A DNA stretch of 59,961 nt, filler included. It is 4 parts of 4 records of this genome, joined end to end, with 100 filler letters (N's around TTAATTAATTAA, not from the genome) between each part and the next. Parts side by side here need not be neighbours in the genome. Positions count along the whole stretch, not along the records: positions 1 to 31,472 come from SRR31156797_2833; 3 more parts are not named here. One strand, 5' to 3'. The notes below the pieces were generated by a model. It ran no database searches. It was given only the letters and a program-made list of their open reading frames with translations, and was not told the DNA's origin. Shown one piece after another: positions 20,607 to 29,939 of this stretch; position 1 is the stretch's first letter; every line of letters begins with the position of its first letter. Made by a program: the position numbers and the translations under genes.

Positions 20607-21352
20607 GTTCTTACCTGCAGTCGTGTTGCCCCCTTGTTTGTTTTTGAGAAGTAGCTGCTGAATAACCCTCCTGAAAAGGCTATTCCAATCACCACCGGCA
20701 ACCAGAGGGGAATTTGATGATTGAGCGGAGCTGCACCGGATTTACTGAGCCTGTAGATTCTATCGATGTCACTGAACTGGGGGACAACAAGGATGGTCAG
20801 CAGAAAATAGAGTGCTGTTAATACCATCAGGGTCCCAAGGCCATAAACTGGCTCATTGTTTTTCATCCAACTGACAACAACTGCACTGATACAACTGACA
20901 ACCAAAAAAACGAGGTAAAGCCAAGTGAAAAGCCAGGGCATGTCAGGGTATAAAGCGTGCATAAAACCGCCGCTGAAAAGAATCACTGAAAAACAGACAG
21001 GGCAAGGCAGGGAGAGCAGTACCCAGCCTGAACTATTTGTGCGGTTTTGGGGCGGTCGTTTTAAAAGTGCCGGCCCCCAGAGGAGAAGGAGGGCGGCAAG
21101 GAGACAGTGGAGGGCCATTCCGTTTTGGATAAACAGCATGAAATCCTCCAGGTGCTCCATCAGGTCGCCCTGACGGAGCAGGAACCCGGCAAGCAGGAAG
21201 GACAGAAGATAGCTTGCCTGGCAACAGCAGAAAAGTACCCATCGTTTGGGGCCTGTTTCCTGCTGGATAAGATAGGAGAGCCCGGCCCCGCTTTTAACGG
21301 CAAAAATGCCCAGTGAAAATGCGAGGCCAAGCAGTAGTGATTTTAACTCCAC
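20597..21352 (-). CDS. DUF2162 putative membrane permease (HmuT-like)
   Basis: Multi-TM protein with IFAVKSG, PCPVC and LYFLL motifs; GTG start overlaps the receptor stop. Confidence 0.82.
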   Translation of the reverse strand: MELKSLLLGLAFSLGIFAVKSGAGLSYLIQQETGPKRWVLFCCCQASYLLSFLLAGFLLRQGDLMEHLEDFMLFIQNGMALHCLLAALLLLWGPALLKRPPQNRTNSSGWVLLSLPCPVCFSVILFSGGFMHALYPDMPWLFTWLYLVFLVVSCISAVVVSWMKNNEPVYGLGTLMVLTALYFLLTILVVPQFSDIDRIYRLSKSGAAPLNHQIPLWLPVVIGIAFSGGLFSSYFSKTNKGATRLQVRTWK

Positions 21353-23334
21353 TAATAATCCCAGCGGAGTCCGAGATACCAGTTGATACCAGGCATGGGA
21401 TACCCTTTAACATAGGCATATTCTTCGTCAAAAAGGTTACGAATTTCGCCGCGCAGGGTGAATGCCCCATAGGTATCCGACTCCAGAAAACGATAGGAGG
21501 CCACGAGATCGGCAACAGTGGATGAATCAAGTTCTACAACCGGTGTCGGGTAATCCCCAGACTCATAGTCATTAACATCCTGCTTGCCGGCGTAAGCAAC
21601 GTTAAACCGGACAAACGTACCCGCACCATTGCTGACAACAAGGCCTGCAGAGAGGTTGGTACCACTTACATAGAGGAGGTCTTCACCCGTTTGGTCATCC
21701 TCATACTTGGTGAGAAGAGTCACGCCGAGATATGGCTTGACTTCCCAGGCCCAACCCATAGGGTCACCAATGTCGTAGCTGATTTCGCCCTCAAAGCCAG
21801 CTATGGTCGCATCGCCAAGATTTTGCCAGGTAGCAGAACCGTCCGTAAGGTAATCAGTGGTAATTTTATCTTCAAAGTCGGTATAAAAATAGGTCAGGGA
21901 TGCCTTAAGACTGTTGCGCGCAAAGTCTAAACCACCCTCATAGGTGTTACTCTTTTCAGGATCGAGGTCAGGGTTACCCACTGTTCTTGTGCCATAGCTG
22001 GAGAAATCAGCTGCCAATTGGTCGGCAGAGGGCATGGTAAAAGCCTCTGCATACTGGGCACGGAGCTTAAGTTCATCGGTAATCATCCAGGCAAGCCCGA
22101 TCTGCGGTGTCAGCCGGGTTTGGTCTTCGTCTCTGCCCGCTGGTTCCTTAACCTCAACATCATACCAGTCGTAACGCAGTCCAATATTTGCGGTGATCGC
22201 ATCATCGGCAAAGCTGGTTTTCCCTAACAAAAATAAAGCAGGATTGGTGTAGGTGGTTTTTGTTGGAGTCCACGTATTTTCCACATCATAATCAAGCCAG
22301 TCAAAGCCTGCAGTAAGGGTAGCGATATCAAATGTGCCGGTTACCTGCGCCTGGGCACCCTGTTGATCTGTTTTGTTGGAAGAATCAATACCATCATCCC
22401 AACCGGATGCATTTGAAGCGGTGGGGTCCTTCCATGTGTTTTCATCCTTTCCGAAAAAATAACGAACCATCCATTGATACTGACTATTATCAGTCCCTCC
22501 GTCATACCTGGTGTCGATGGAGTAATTGTCCTTGTCAGTAGTGTTATCAAGGTCTGGATTGCTGTAATAACCTGGGTTACCAGCATCATCTGCTTCAAAA
22601 CCTGTGAAAATTACTCCCAGCCGATTGGTATCAGAGAAGGAGTAACCTAGATTTGCGCTTATTCCCGTTTCGTAGTTATTGCCTGTGTTTTTAAATCGGT
22701 CACCGCTCCCTGTGTCATAATCGCCTTCGGTTCTGTAGGTATAACTACCTGCAAAATCAAAACCGTTTTGATTAACAGTCCCACCAATGGAGCCTTCTCC
22801 TGTATCAAAACCGCCACCACCAGCTTCCACAAATGCACTGTTAATCTCACCTTGTCGGGTGATGATATTCACCACTCCGCCCATACCTGCAGACCCATAC
22901 TGTACTGCCCCTGGGCCACGGATTATCTCGATCCGTTCAACATTTTTGGTCATGAGTTTGGCAACATTACCCGTACCGGCACGTCGACCGTCCAGGAGAA
23001 TAAGGACATGGCCCTGTAAGTCGTTACCATGCGTATCTGTACGAAATCCTCTGAGGCCTATGGATGTGAGGTTACCCGGATATTTCTGGACGTGGCCAAG
23101 CCCTTTTTCCGCAAGTAGGTCGGCGACATTACGACTTGGAGATTGCTCGATTTCTTCTCGGTTAACGACGGTGAGATTTACACTGACTTGTTTTTTTGTT
23201 TCGGCGCTACGGCTGGCTGTAACAACAACCTCATCCATTATGGTGGGTTGGGAGGGGGCCTCTTCGCATATACCAGCTTGAGCATGCAGGCAGGAAAGGA
23301 CGGGAATCAGTAGAGCGGAATAATACTTTTTCAT
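21352..23334 (-). CDS. TonB-dependent outer membrane receptor (BtuB/HmuR-like)
   Basis: Signal peptide, TonB box DEVVVTASR, plug ERIEIIRGPGAVQYG...GGVVNIIT, NPDLDPE, NLFDEEY, terminal aromatic residue. Start moved to 23334 after RBS AAGGAG. Confidence 0.93.
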   Translation of the reverse strand: MKKYYSALLIPVLSCLHAQAGICEEAPSQPTIMDEVVVTASRSAETKKQVSVNLTVVNREEIEQSPSRNVADLLAEKGLGHVQKYPGNLTSIGLRGFRTDTHGNDLQGHVLILLDGRRAGTGNVAKLMTKNVERIEIIRGPGAVQYGSAGMGGVVNIITRQGEINSAFVEAGGGGFDTGEGSIGGTVNQNGFDFAGSYTYRTEGDYDTGSGDRFKNTGNNYETGISANLGYSFSDTNRLGVIFTGFEADDAGNPGYYSNPDLDNTTDKDNYSIDTRYDGGTDNSQYQWMVRYFFGKDENTWKDPTASNASGWDDGIDSSNKTDQQGAQAQVTGTFDIATLTAGFDWLDYDVENTWTPTKTTYTNPALFLLGKTSFADDAITANIGLRYDWYDVEVKEPAGRDEDQTRLTPQIGLAWMITDELKLRAQYAEAFTMPSADQLAADFSSYGTRTVGNPDLDPEKSNTYEGGLDFARNSLKASLTYFYTDFEDKITTDYLTDGSATWQNLGDATIAGFEGEISYDIGDPMGWAWEVKPYLGVTLLTKYEDDQTGEDLLYVSGTNLSAGLVVSNGAGTFVRFNVAYAGKQDVNDYESGDYPTPVVELDSSTVADLVASYRFLESDTYGAFTLRGEIRNLFDEEYAYVKGYPMPGINWYLGLRWDY

Positions 23335-23377
23335 TGTTATTTCTTCTCCTTTTAAGAACGAATGCCCGGAGAGAAAT

Positions 23378-23421
23378 AAAAAAAATCCCCGGACCAATTA
23401 TCTTTCAATTGATCCGGGGAT
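23378..23421 (-). terminator. Intrinsic terminator in the receptor leader (riboswitch expression platform)
   Basis: ATCCCCGGATCAATT...AATTGGTCCGGGGAT followed by a U-tract on the minus strand. Confidence 0.82.
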
Positions 23422-23548
23422 GCCCTGATTTAAATCCGCAGATGCCTTTGAATCTCTTGTCCACGGAGATCCAGGAAACATGGAAGCCATATAAATAATG
23501 ACTGAGTATGAAGTGCTTCCATGCGGTACGTTTATTTTTGGTACCTTT

Positions 23549-23723
23549 GTTCAGGTAGGTCTTCTGACTATCCTCACTTACAACGGCCTTCCCACTTTGC
23601 AGCAGTGGCGCACTTGGTTGAAAGTATTTTTCCTTAACTGTTTTAAGGAGAGGTTTACAGCGGCGGGCCCGTCCCGGATTTCCACCGGATTCCCTTTTTA
23701 CGCTTGCTTACAAGCACCTGAAA
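23549..23723 (-). ncRNA. Cobalamin riboswitch upstream of the TonB-receptor operon
   Basis: Minus strand reads CAGGTGC...AAAAGGGAATCCGGTGGAAATCCGGGACGGGCCCGCCGCTGTAA...GCCACTG...GGGAAGG...AGTCAGAAGACCTACCTG. Confidence 0.95.
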
Positions 23724-23911
23724 CAGGATCAAAGAAACAATAAAATGTGAAATATGGCAAGCTTTTTATGTCGTAAAATCATAGTCCTATATAGTGGCCC
23801 TCTCGGTGTGAGGCTTTTGTTGCTTGCAACTCCATGTGATAGAAAATATAAATGGTGTGGATCTCCATCCCAATATTAATCAACTGAGCATAACTATTAT
23901 GCTGGAAAAGA

Positions 23912-23957
23912 TTGACAAATATAATTGTTTGGTTAATATAAATCGCTTAATGGCGAT
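23912..23957 (+). promoter_or_regulatory. Sigma70-type promoter with probable ArsR operator
   Basis: TTGACA (23912) and TAATAT (23934), then ATCGC-N6-GCGAT (23942-23957) just upstream of the ArsR gene. Confidence 0.55.
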
Positions 23958-23981
23958 ATGTGAATAAAGTGATATGGGGCA

Positions 23982-24344
23982 TTGATGAAATCATTTATCA
24001 AGGTAATGAAGGCGTTGTCCGACCCTAACAGGGTACGGGTGCTTAAGCTGTTGAAAGGTAAAGAACTTTGTGTTTGTGAAATTCAGGCAGTTCTCGAGCT
24101 TGCTCAATCGACAGTTTCCAAGCATATGAAACTGCTTGAAGATGCCGGTCTGGTGGACAGATCTCGCCAGGGAACCTGGATTATTTACAGTTTAGCAGAC
24201 GGAAGTGAGTCGGTTTATGCACAGACCATGCTTTCACAAATAGAGCATTGGCTGGACGATGACAAGGAACTTAAAAGAATGTACGCTGCTATGCCTGATG
24301 CGCTGGTATTGCGGGATTGCAGCGCAAAAGATGGAATACAGTGA
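23982..24344 (+). CDS. ArsR/SmtB family transcriptional repressor
   Basis: KALSDPNRVRVL, ELCVCEI metal-binding motif, QSTVSKHMKLL. Confidence 0.92.
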   Translation: MMKSFIKVMKALSDPNRVRVLKLLKGKELCVCEIQAVLELAQSTVSKHMKLLEDAGLVDRSRQGTWIIYSLADGSESVYAQTMLSQIEHWLDDDKELKRMYAAMPDALVLRDCSAKDGIQ

Positions 24345-24354
24345 CAGGAAAATC

Positions 24355-25419
24355 ATGAAACCAATAAACCTAACTACTAAAGTTAATGACACTCCCAATA
24401 CTCAGATGGGAAAACTGCTTGCTGGCGGGGCTCTGGGCCTTGTCACCTGGTATTTGATCTACAAGCAACTGGAACCGTTTTCGTTCTTTTTTGCCTATTC
24501 TCTTCTCGGTCTTGAAAGGGGCAGCCATTTGGGCGAAGCGATCCAGTTTTTTGTTTATGATACGCCCAAGGTAATGCTGCTGCTCACACTGATTGTTTTT
24601 GTGATTGGTATGGTTCGTTCTTTTTTCACCCAGGAACGAACCCGGAAATACCTAGCAGGTAAAAGAGAATCCAGCGGGAATGTTATGGCCTCACTGCTTG
24701 GTATTGTAACACCTTTTTGCTCCTGTTCGGCAGTGCCTCTTTTTATCGGTTTTGTTCAGGCAGGAGTGCCTCTAGGGGTGACTTTTTCATTTCTAATCGC
24801 GGCTCCAATGGTCAACGAGATTGCCCTGGTGTTGCTTTACGGGTTGCTTGGTTGGAAAGTCGCAGCCATCTACCTCGGTACTGGGCTCATGATTGCCATT
24901 GTTGCTGGTTGGGTGATAGGACGCCTGAAGCTCGAGCACTGGATTGAAGACTGGGTCCAGGAGCTAAGAGCTGGAGAGGCAGTTGTGATTGAAGAAAAAT
25001 TGACATGGACTGATAGGGTTACACGTGGACGAGAGGCGGTCAGAGATATTGTCGGTAAAGTGTGGATATACGTGGTTGCTGGTATAGGTGTTGGTGCCGC
25101 CATTCATGGCTATGTACCGGAAGACTTTATGGCGACGATTATGGGCAAAGATGCTTGGTGGTCGGTGCCTGCGGCTGTTATCGTTGGCATTCCAATGTAC
25201 TCAAATGCTGCAGGCATTGTACCTGTGGTGGAGGCACTGCTTGGAAAAGGTGCTGCTCTAGGCACAGTACTCGCCTTTATGATGAGCGTTATTGCCTTGT
25301 CGCTGCCAGAAATGGTGATTTTGCGCAAGGTGCTGAAACCGAAACTGATAGTTGTATTTATTGCTGTTGTCGGCCTGGGGATACTTTTTACCGGTTATCT
25401 GTTTAACCTGGTTATCTGA
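24355..25419 (+). CDS. DUF318/ArsP family permease
   Basis: TPFCSCSAVP, FLIAAPMVNE, GIPMYSNA and LSLPE motifs. Start moved to 24355 to avoid overlap with ArsR. Confidence 0.9.
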   Translation: MKPINLTTKVNDTPNTQMGKLLAGGALGLVTWYLIYKQLEPFSFFFAYSLLGLERGSHLGEAIQFFVYDTPKVMLLLTLIVFVIGMVRSFFTQERTRKYLAGKRESSGNVMASLLGIVTPFCSCSAVPLFIGFVQAGVPLGVTFSFLIAAPMVNEIALVLLYGLLGWKVAAIYLGTGLMIAIVAGWVIGRLKLEHWIEDWVQELRAGEAVVIEEKLTWTDRVTRGREAVRDIVGKVWIYVVAGIGVGAAIHGYVPEDFMATIMGKDAWWSVPAAVIVGIPMYSNAAGIVPVVEALLGKGAALGTVLAFMMSVIALSLPEMVILRKVLKPKLIVVFIAVVGLGILFTGYLFNLVI

Positions 25420-25538
25420 TGCCGAGCTGTTACAGATCAAGGGAAAGGCGAGGTTGATTGTTATTCGCCGAATGGTTCGTTTTTTATAGTTGAAGCATTG
25501 CTTCAACGATTGTTGAGTATAATTATGAGGAGGAAATC

Positions 25539-25769
25539 ATGGAAATAAAGGTATGTGGACCAGGGTGTGCGTCCTGTGAACAGGCACAAAAAACCGTTGA
25601 GGCGGCTCTTGCGGGCAAGGGTATTGAGGCGACGGTTATTAAGGTGACAGATTTTCAAGAAATAGCCCAGTTGGGAATTTTTTCAACCCCGGCGGTCGTC
25701 ATAGATGGTGAGGTCAAGTGTGTCGGCAGGGCTCCGCAGCAGCAGGAAGTGGAAGATTGGTTGGGATAA
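25539..25769 (+). CDS. Small thioredoxin-like redox-active disulfide protein (MTH895/Thioredoxin_3 type)
   Basis: GPGCASC and STPAVVIDG motifs; RBS GAGGAGG. Confidence 0.9.
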   Translation: MEIKVCGPGCASCEQAQKTVEAALAGKGIEATVIKVTDFQEIAQLGIFSTPAVVIDGEVKCVGRAPQQQEVEDWLG

Positions 25770-25786
25770 AAGATAAAACATGAAAG

Positions 25787-25823
25787 AAAAAGGCTGGTGT
25801 GGGCAACCACTTACCAGCCTTTT
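25787..25823. terminator. Bidirectional-type intrinsic terminator
   Basis: AAAAGGCTGGT...ACCAGCCTTTT between convergent genes. Confidence 0.75.
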
Positions 25824-25922
25824 GGGGGTTTGCCTGTCAGTGTTTATTTTAGTCCGGATTTCTCATCTGGTCAGGCGGTCCCAGGTTCAAAGTTTTTGGT
25901 AGTAAATAAGAGTAGACTTTTT

Positions 25923-26936
25923 TTATTCGTACCCTTGTGGGTTGGCAGATTGCCAACGCCAAGTGTCTTCGCACATTTCAACCACTCCACGTTGGGCCTG
26001 CCACTTCAACTCTTCACGGGCAAGGGTAGGATCTGCCCAACACTGAGCAATATCACCTGACCGCCGAGGAGCGATCTTGTATGGAACTTTTTTGCCACTG
26101 GCTTTTTCAAAGGCATTGACCATCTCCAGTACTGAGTAGCCTTGGCCTGTACCTAAGTTGTAAGTGACTACTCCTGGGTTTTCCGTGAGTTTTTCCAAAG
26201 CACGCAGGTGGCCAATGGCCAGGTCAACCACATGAATGTAATCACGAACGCCGGTACCGTCTGGTGTCGAATAGTCATCGCCAAAGACAGATAGTTCGGC
26301 GAGTTTCCCCACCGCAACCTGAGAGATGTAGGGCATGAGATTATTAGGGATGCCGTTAGGATCTTCTCCTATTTGCCCGCTTTTATGTGCACCAACAGGA
26401 TTGAAGTAGCGTAGCAGCCCAATATTCCATGCTGGATCCGGTACGGCCAGGTCCCGTAGGATCTCCTCGACCATAAGTTTGGTTCGCCCATAAGGGTTGG
26501 TACAGGAAAGTGGGAAATCCTCAACAATAGGAACCGTCGCAGGATCGCCATAGACAGTGGCAGAAGAGCTGAATACAATATTTTTAACCCCAAACTCCTG
26601 CATCACTTTGCAGAGGTTGAGCGTACCTGTGATGTTATTGTGGTAATAAGCAAGCGGTTTTTCCACTGACTCACCAACAGCCTTGAGGCCCGCAAAGTGG
26701 ATGACAGCATCTGTATCCGCTGCATTGGCAAAAACTTCTCGTGTTCCCTGTTCATCAAGCAGATCTGCTTGAAAGAAATTGATGGATGCGCCGGCCAACT
26801 TTTCTACCCGACGGATGGATTCTTTGGAGGAATTACTGAGGTTGTCTAATATGGTAACCCTGTGGCCGGCTTCGAGTAGTTCTAAACAAGTATGGCTACC
26901 GATGTAACCGGCACCGCCAGTGACTAAAATATGCAT
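25923..26936 (-). CDS. galE: UDP-glucose 4-epimerase
   Basis: [29 protein letters not shown] and [10 protein letters not shown] motifs. Confidence 0.97.
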   Translation of the reverse strand: MHILVTGGAGYIGSHTCLELLEAGHRVTILDNLSNSSKESIRRVEKLAGASINFFQADLLDEQGTREVFANAADTDAVIHFAGLKAVGESVEKPLAYYHNNITGTLNLCKVMQEFGVKNIVFSSSATVYGDPATVPIVEDFPLSCTNPYGRTKLMVEEILRDLAVPDPAWNIGLLRYFNPVGAHKSGQIGEDPNGIPNNLMPYISQVAVGKLAELSVFGDDYSTPDGTGVRDYIHVVDLAIGHLRALEKLTENPGVVTYNLGTGQGYSVLEMVNAFEKASGKKVPYKIAPRRSGDIAQCWADPTLAREELKWQAQRGVVEMCEDTWRWQSANPQGYE

Positions 26937-27027
26937 TATATACTCCTGTGGGTGGAATAAAGGTTTAGCGCAAATTGTAATAGTGCCAAGTATATTAATG
27001 GGTTTGTAAAAAAAATAAAGTAACTAT

Positions 27028-27144
27028 TCAGTAGCAGCCTACTTGGTCTGCGCCTATCTCTGCGCATGATCATACGGCTCAGGCTGGAGAATGCAGTGTT
27101 ACTAAGTGCTCCAGCCTGAGCGTACGATTTTGAAGCACTACTGA
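27028..27144. repeat. 117-bp structured element with short terminal inverted repeats (MITE/REP-like candidate)
   Basis: Ends TCAGTAG...CTACTGA; internal 13-bp perfect stem GCTCAGGCTGGAG/CTCCAGCCTGAGC. Only one copy in the window. Confidence 0.45.
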
Positions 27145-27347
27145 CTGGTTGCAGAGAAAGACTTAGGCGAGTTTTTTCTATTTGTAAAATGGTTACAAAG
27201 TAAATGGGCTTTTATGGTCAGGACAACGGGAGATCTTTAAATAGGTTATGACGCTTCACGCCTTGGTTGTTGTGGTTTTCTATGCATAAAGTAGTATACC
27301 TTGGTGGATGGAATCCTTTTCATTTTATTATTCAATAGTTAGTTATT

Positions 27348-27947
27348 ATGATGCTACCTAAACTCACCCTTGCTGACCTCGCCCGGTCCGGTCATGTGAC
27401 GCGATGGCACAGTGTTCGTACGTCCAGGGATCAGACCCTGGCTGAACATCACTATATGGTCACTCGTATCTCAAACAAGCTTGCTAAAGATATCATTGGG
27501 CCAGACTTGACCGATACTGATTTGCTTCAGATTATGGAATACGCATCCCTCCACGACACACCGGAACTGCTCACTGGTGATCTGCCTAGTCCGCTTAAAC
27601 AGCATATCGAATGTTTAAGTGGAGAAAATAATCCCATTGAAGCCATAGAAAGAGAAATTGCGCCCTGGTTGTTCGAGATGAAGGAAGCCATTCGTCGTGA
27701 GCACCCTGAGCATTTGTTGATTGTGAAGCTTGCCGATATTATTGATGCCCTTGTTTTCATAACAGATGAAGGCATTGGGATACATGCAAAAAAGGTTATA
27801 GATCTTCTTTACGAGATGCTGGAAAATAAGCTCAAACTAGGGATTTCGACTTTTCCCCAATATAATTGGCGGCGAACGGTAGATTTACTGAACGAGCTGT
27901 TGCAGAATGCAGACGAATCCAAGGTGGCTTTTGAGTTGGCCCCGTAG
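27348..27947 (+). CDS. HD-domain nucleotide hydrolase (YfbR/DatZ family)
   Basis: RW...AEH, HD..E..TGDLPSPLK and KLAD motifs. Confidence 0.85.
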   Translation: MMLPKLTLADLARSGHVTRWHSVRTSRDQTLAEHHYMVTRISNKLAKDIIGPDLTDTDLLQIMEYASLHDTPELLTGDLPSPLKQHIECLSGENNPIEAIEREIAPWLFEMKEAIRREHPEHLLIVKLADIIDALVFITDEGIGIHAKKVIDLLYEMLENKLKLGISTFPQYNWRRTVDLLNELLQNADESKVAFELAP

Positions 27948-27980
27948 TTAATGTGCTGTTTTTTCGTTATTGTGTGAGTT

Positions 27981-28754
27981 TTAAAGTGAAGGGTAATATG
28001 GAGGCGCCGTTATTTCAACGGGGGCGTTGAGTTCCTTGTTCACAGTATCCCACCACCTTTGCTGCATTGCTGGCGAATAGTAAAGCGATGTATCTTCATC
28101 GAATTCTGTATGTTTTTCCAATATCTCTTCATTATAGCTATTAATAATGCCTTGAATCCAGACAATGGCAAGCTTTTGCGCCTCCAGTGCCGTATTGCCG
28201 ATGATGGGTAGGTCTTGGCGGTAATATTTTTTTTCTTTGTTTATTTTTTGTGCAGTAATTTCCAGCAACGCAAAGTGAATTTGTTCGTGTTGGAGGACGT
28301 AGCCTTTTCTCTCAGCTGGTATTTTACTGTTCCACCAGGAGTTTTCAGGTATAAAAACAGCCTCAAACACGAGGTTGTCGATGTCTGCAAAGTACAAAGG
28401 CTACCTGTTGAAATCACTCTTTCGTACAATGATTTTGGTGGAACTTTTTGGACGTATTTGAATACTTGAACGGGCATTGAAATGTTGTTCCATTCCCTTT
28501 GCGACATTTTGCAGTGAGGGTGCACGGAAATCATTTTGCTGCAGTTGTCTGTATTTGAAAAAAGTTTCTGGCTGTTTTGATACTGGCTGAAATTGTGGGG
28601 CAGCATAGCCTGGAAGTTGTCCGCAGCAGGGTAAAATTGCCACAACAAAAAGCAAAGAGAAAAAACAAGCTTGCAATCTAGTAATGGAAAACAAACGTAG
28701 TCGAACAGTATAATTATTAGCAGAATGAATTGATGCTTCTGGCGATAGGAGCAT
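27981..28754 (-). pseudogene. DUF922-like (HExxH) putative lipoprotein interrupted by one in-frame TAG at 28401-28403
   Basis: ORFs 28401-28754 and 27981-28397 share a frame (...F N R TAG P L Y F...). N-half has a hydrophobic stretch ending ILPCC; C-half has SWWN and LQHEQIHF. Confidence 0.7.
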
Positions 28755-28823
28755 TAGCTCTATACGGTACGCAGTGGATGAGGACGGCTAATGTTATTGC
28801 TGGGCAGAAGATGTGTGGGGAAG

Positions 28824-28864
28824 TGATTAACCAGACAGGTGTTAAGCGCCAGTCTGGTTAATCA
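28824..28864. terminator. 13-bp hairpin downstream of the OmpA gene
   Basis: TGATTAACCAGAC...GTCTGGTTAATCA. Confidence 0.55.
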
Positions 28865-28886
28865 TTGGAACTGGTAAATTGTAGTA

Positions 28887-29939
28887 CTACATACCGGTTA
28901 TAATGCTTTCTACACGGCGGTTCTTAGCACGTCCAGCTTCAGTATCGTTACTGTCTGCAGGATCAGCCTTTCCGAACCAGCTCAAGGTAATTCTTTTGTT
29001 GTCAATGCCACCCTTTTCCACCAAGTATGTGCGTACACTTGCAGCACGTCGCTGGGAAAGTTTAAGGTTGTACTCTTCTGAACCTACATTGTCAGTATGC
29101 CCAGCCAGGGTAACTTGGGCTTTGGGGTTTTCCTGAAGGAGAATTGCAAGTTCGTTCAGTGCTACATAATTTTCAGGTTTTACAACGTCTTTGTCAAAGT
29201 CAAAAAGGGTGTTGCTGACACTGGTGCCAACAACCTGTGCTGGCATGTCTGCCTCTTTAACCATGAAAAGAGGGTTGGTCAGCCATTCAGGGTGACCAAG
29301 AAGCTTGGAGAATTGAATAACTTTTCCACAATCATTGGCGCTGGCAACAGCATTGACCGCTTTGTCACCGTTAGTATCGTCATCGGTATCAATAACGTAA
29401 AAGCAGACTTTATATTTTTCTGCGAGTTGTTTGGCGATGGTTCCAGGAGCAGGAAGTCCACGGTTGGCTGTGTACTGTCCATCGGTAAAGAGAAAGACAA
29501 CTGTTTCGCCCTGAAGTTTGGCAAGGATAGGATCCAGTGAAACTAGCCCGTTCTGGAGTAAGGTGTTTCCTGACGGCTTGGAAGGGAGAGAGTCGATTGT
29601 AGAGGTGAATGCACCTTTATCGAATGTTTGCATGGGTAAATAGCTCTTGAATGCTTCTTTGCCAAACCCAGGAGTGAAGGTGTAGATGCCAGCTTGCCAA
29701 TCAAGTGCGGGCAAGGTAGAAGTTTTTTCGGTCAGTATCTGTCGTTCAATATCCAGTCTCATCAGATCGCCGCTTTTAGCTTTCATAGAGCTGGAAGAGT
29801 CGTATAATATGATAAAATTGTCTGCCAGTTTAACAAAGACTACCTTTTTGGGGGTCTCTTTTGCTAGTACCGAACTGGCAAAACATAACGCAAGCAACAG
29901 GGTCAGGCCAAGAATAAAACTCTTGTGGGTCATTCTCAT
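28887..29939 (-). CDS. OmpA-domain protein with N-terminal vWA-like domain
   Basis: Signal peptide; MIDAS-like DSSSSM and FTDG; C-terminal FDFDK, GHTD, LSQRRA and NRRVE. Confidence 0.9.
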   Translation of the reverse strand: MRMTHKSFILGLTLLLALCFASSVLAKETPKKVVFVKLADNFIILYDSSSSMKAKSGDLMRLDIERQILTEKTSTLPALDWQAGIYTFTPGFGKEAFKSYLPMQTFDKGAFTSTIDSLPSKPSGNTLLQNGLVSLDPILAKLQGETVVFLFTDGQYTANRGLPAPGTIAKQLAEKYKVCFYVIDTDDDTNGDKAVNAVASANDCGKVIQFSKLLGHPEWLTNPLFMVKEADMPAQVVGTSVSNTLFDFDKDVVKPENYVALNELAILLQENPKAQVTLAGHTDNVGSEEYNLKLSQRRAASVRTYLVEKGGIDNKRITLSWFGKADPADSNDTEAGRAKNRRVESIITGM

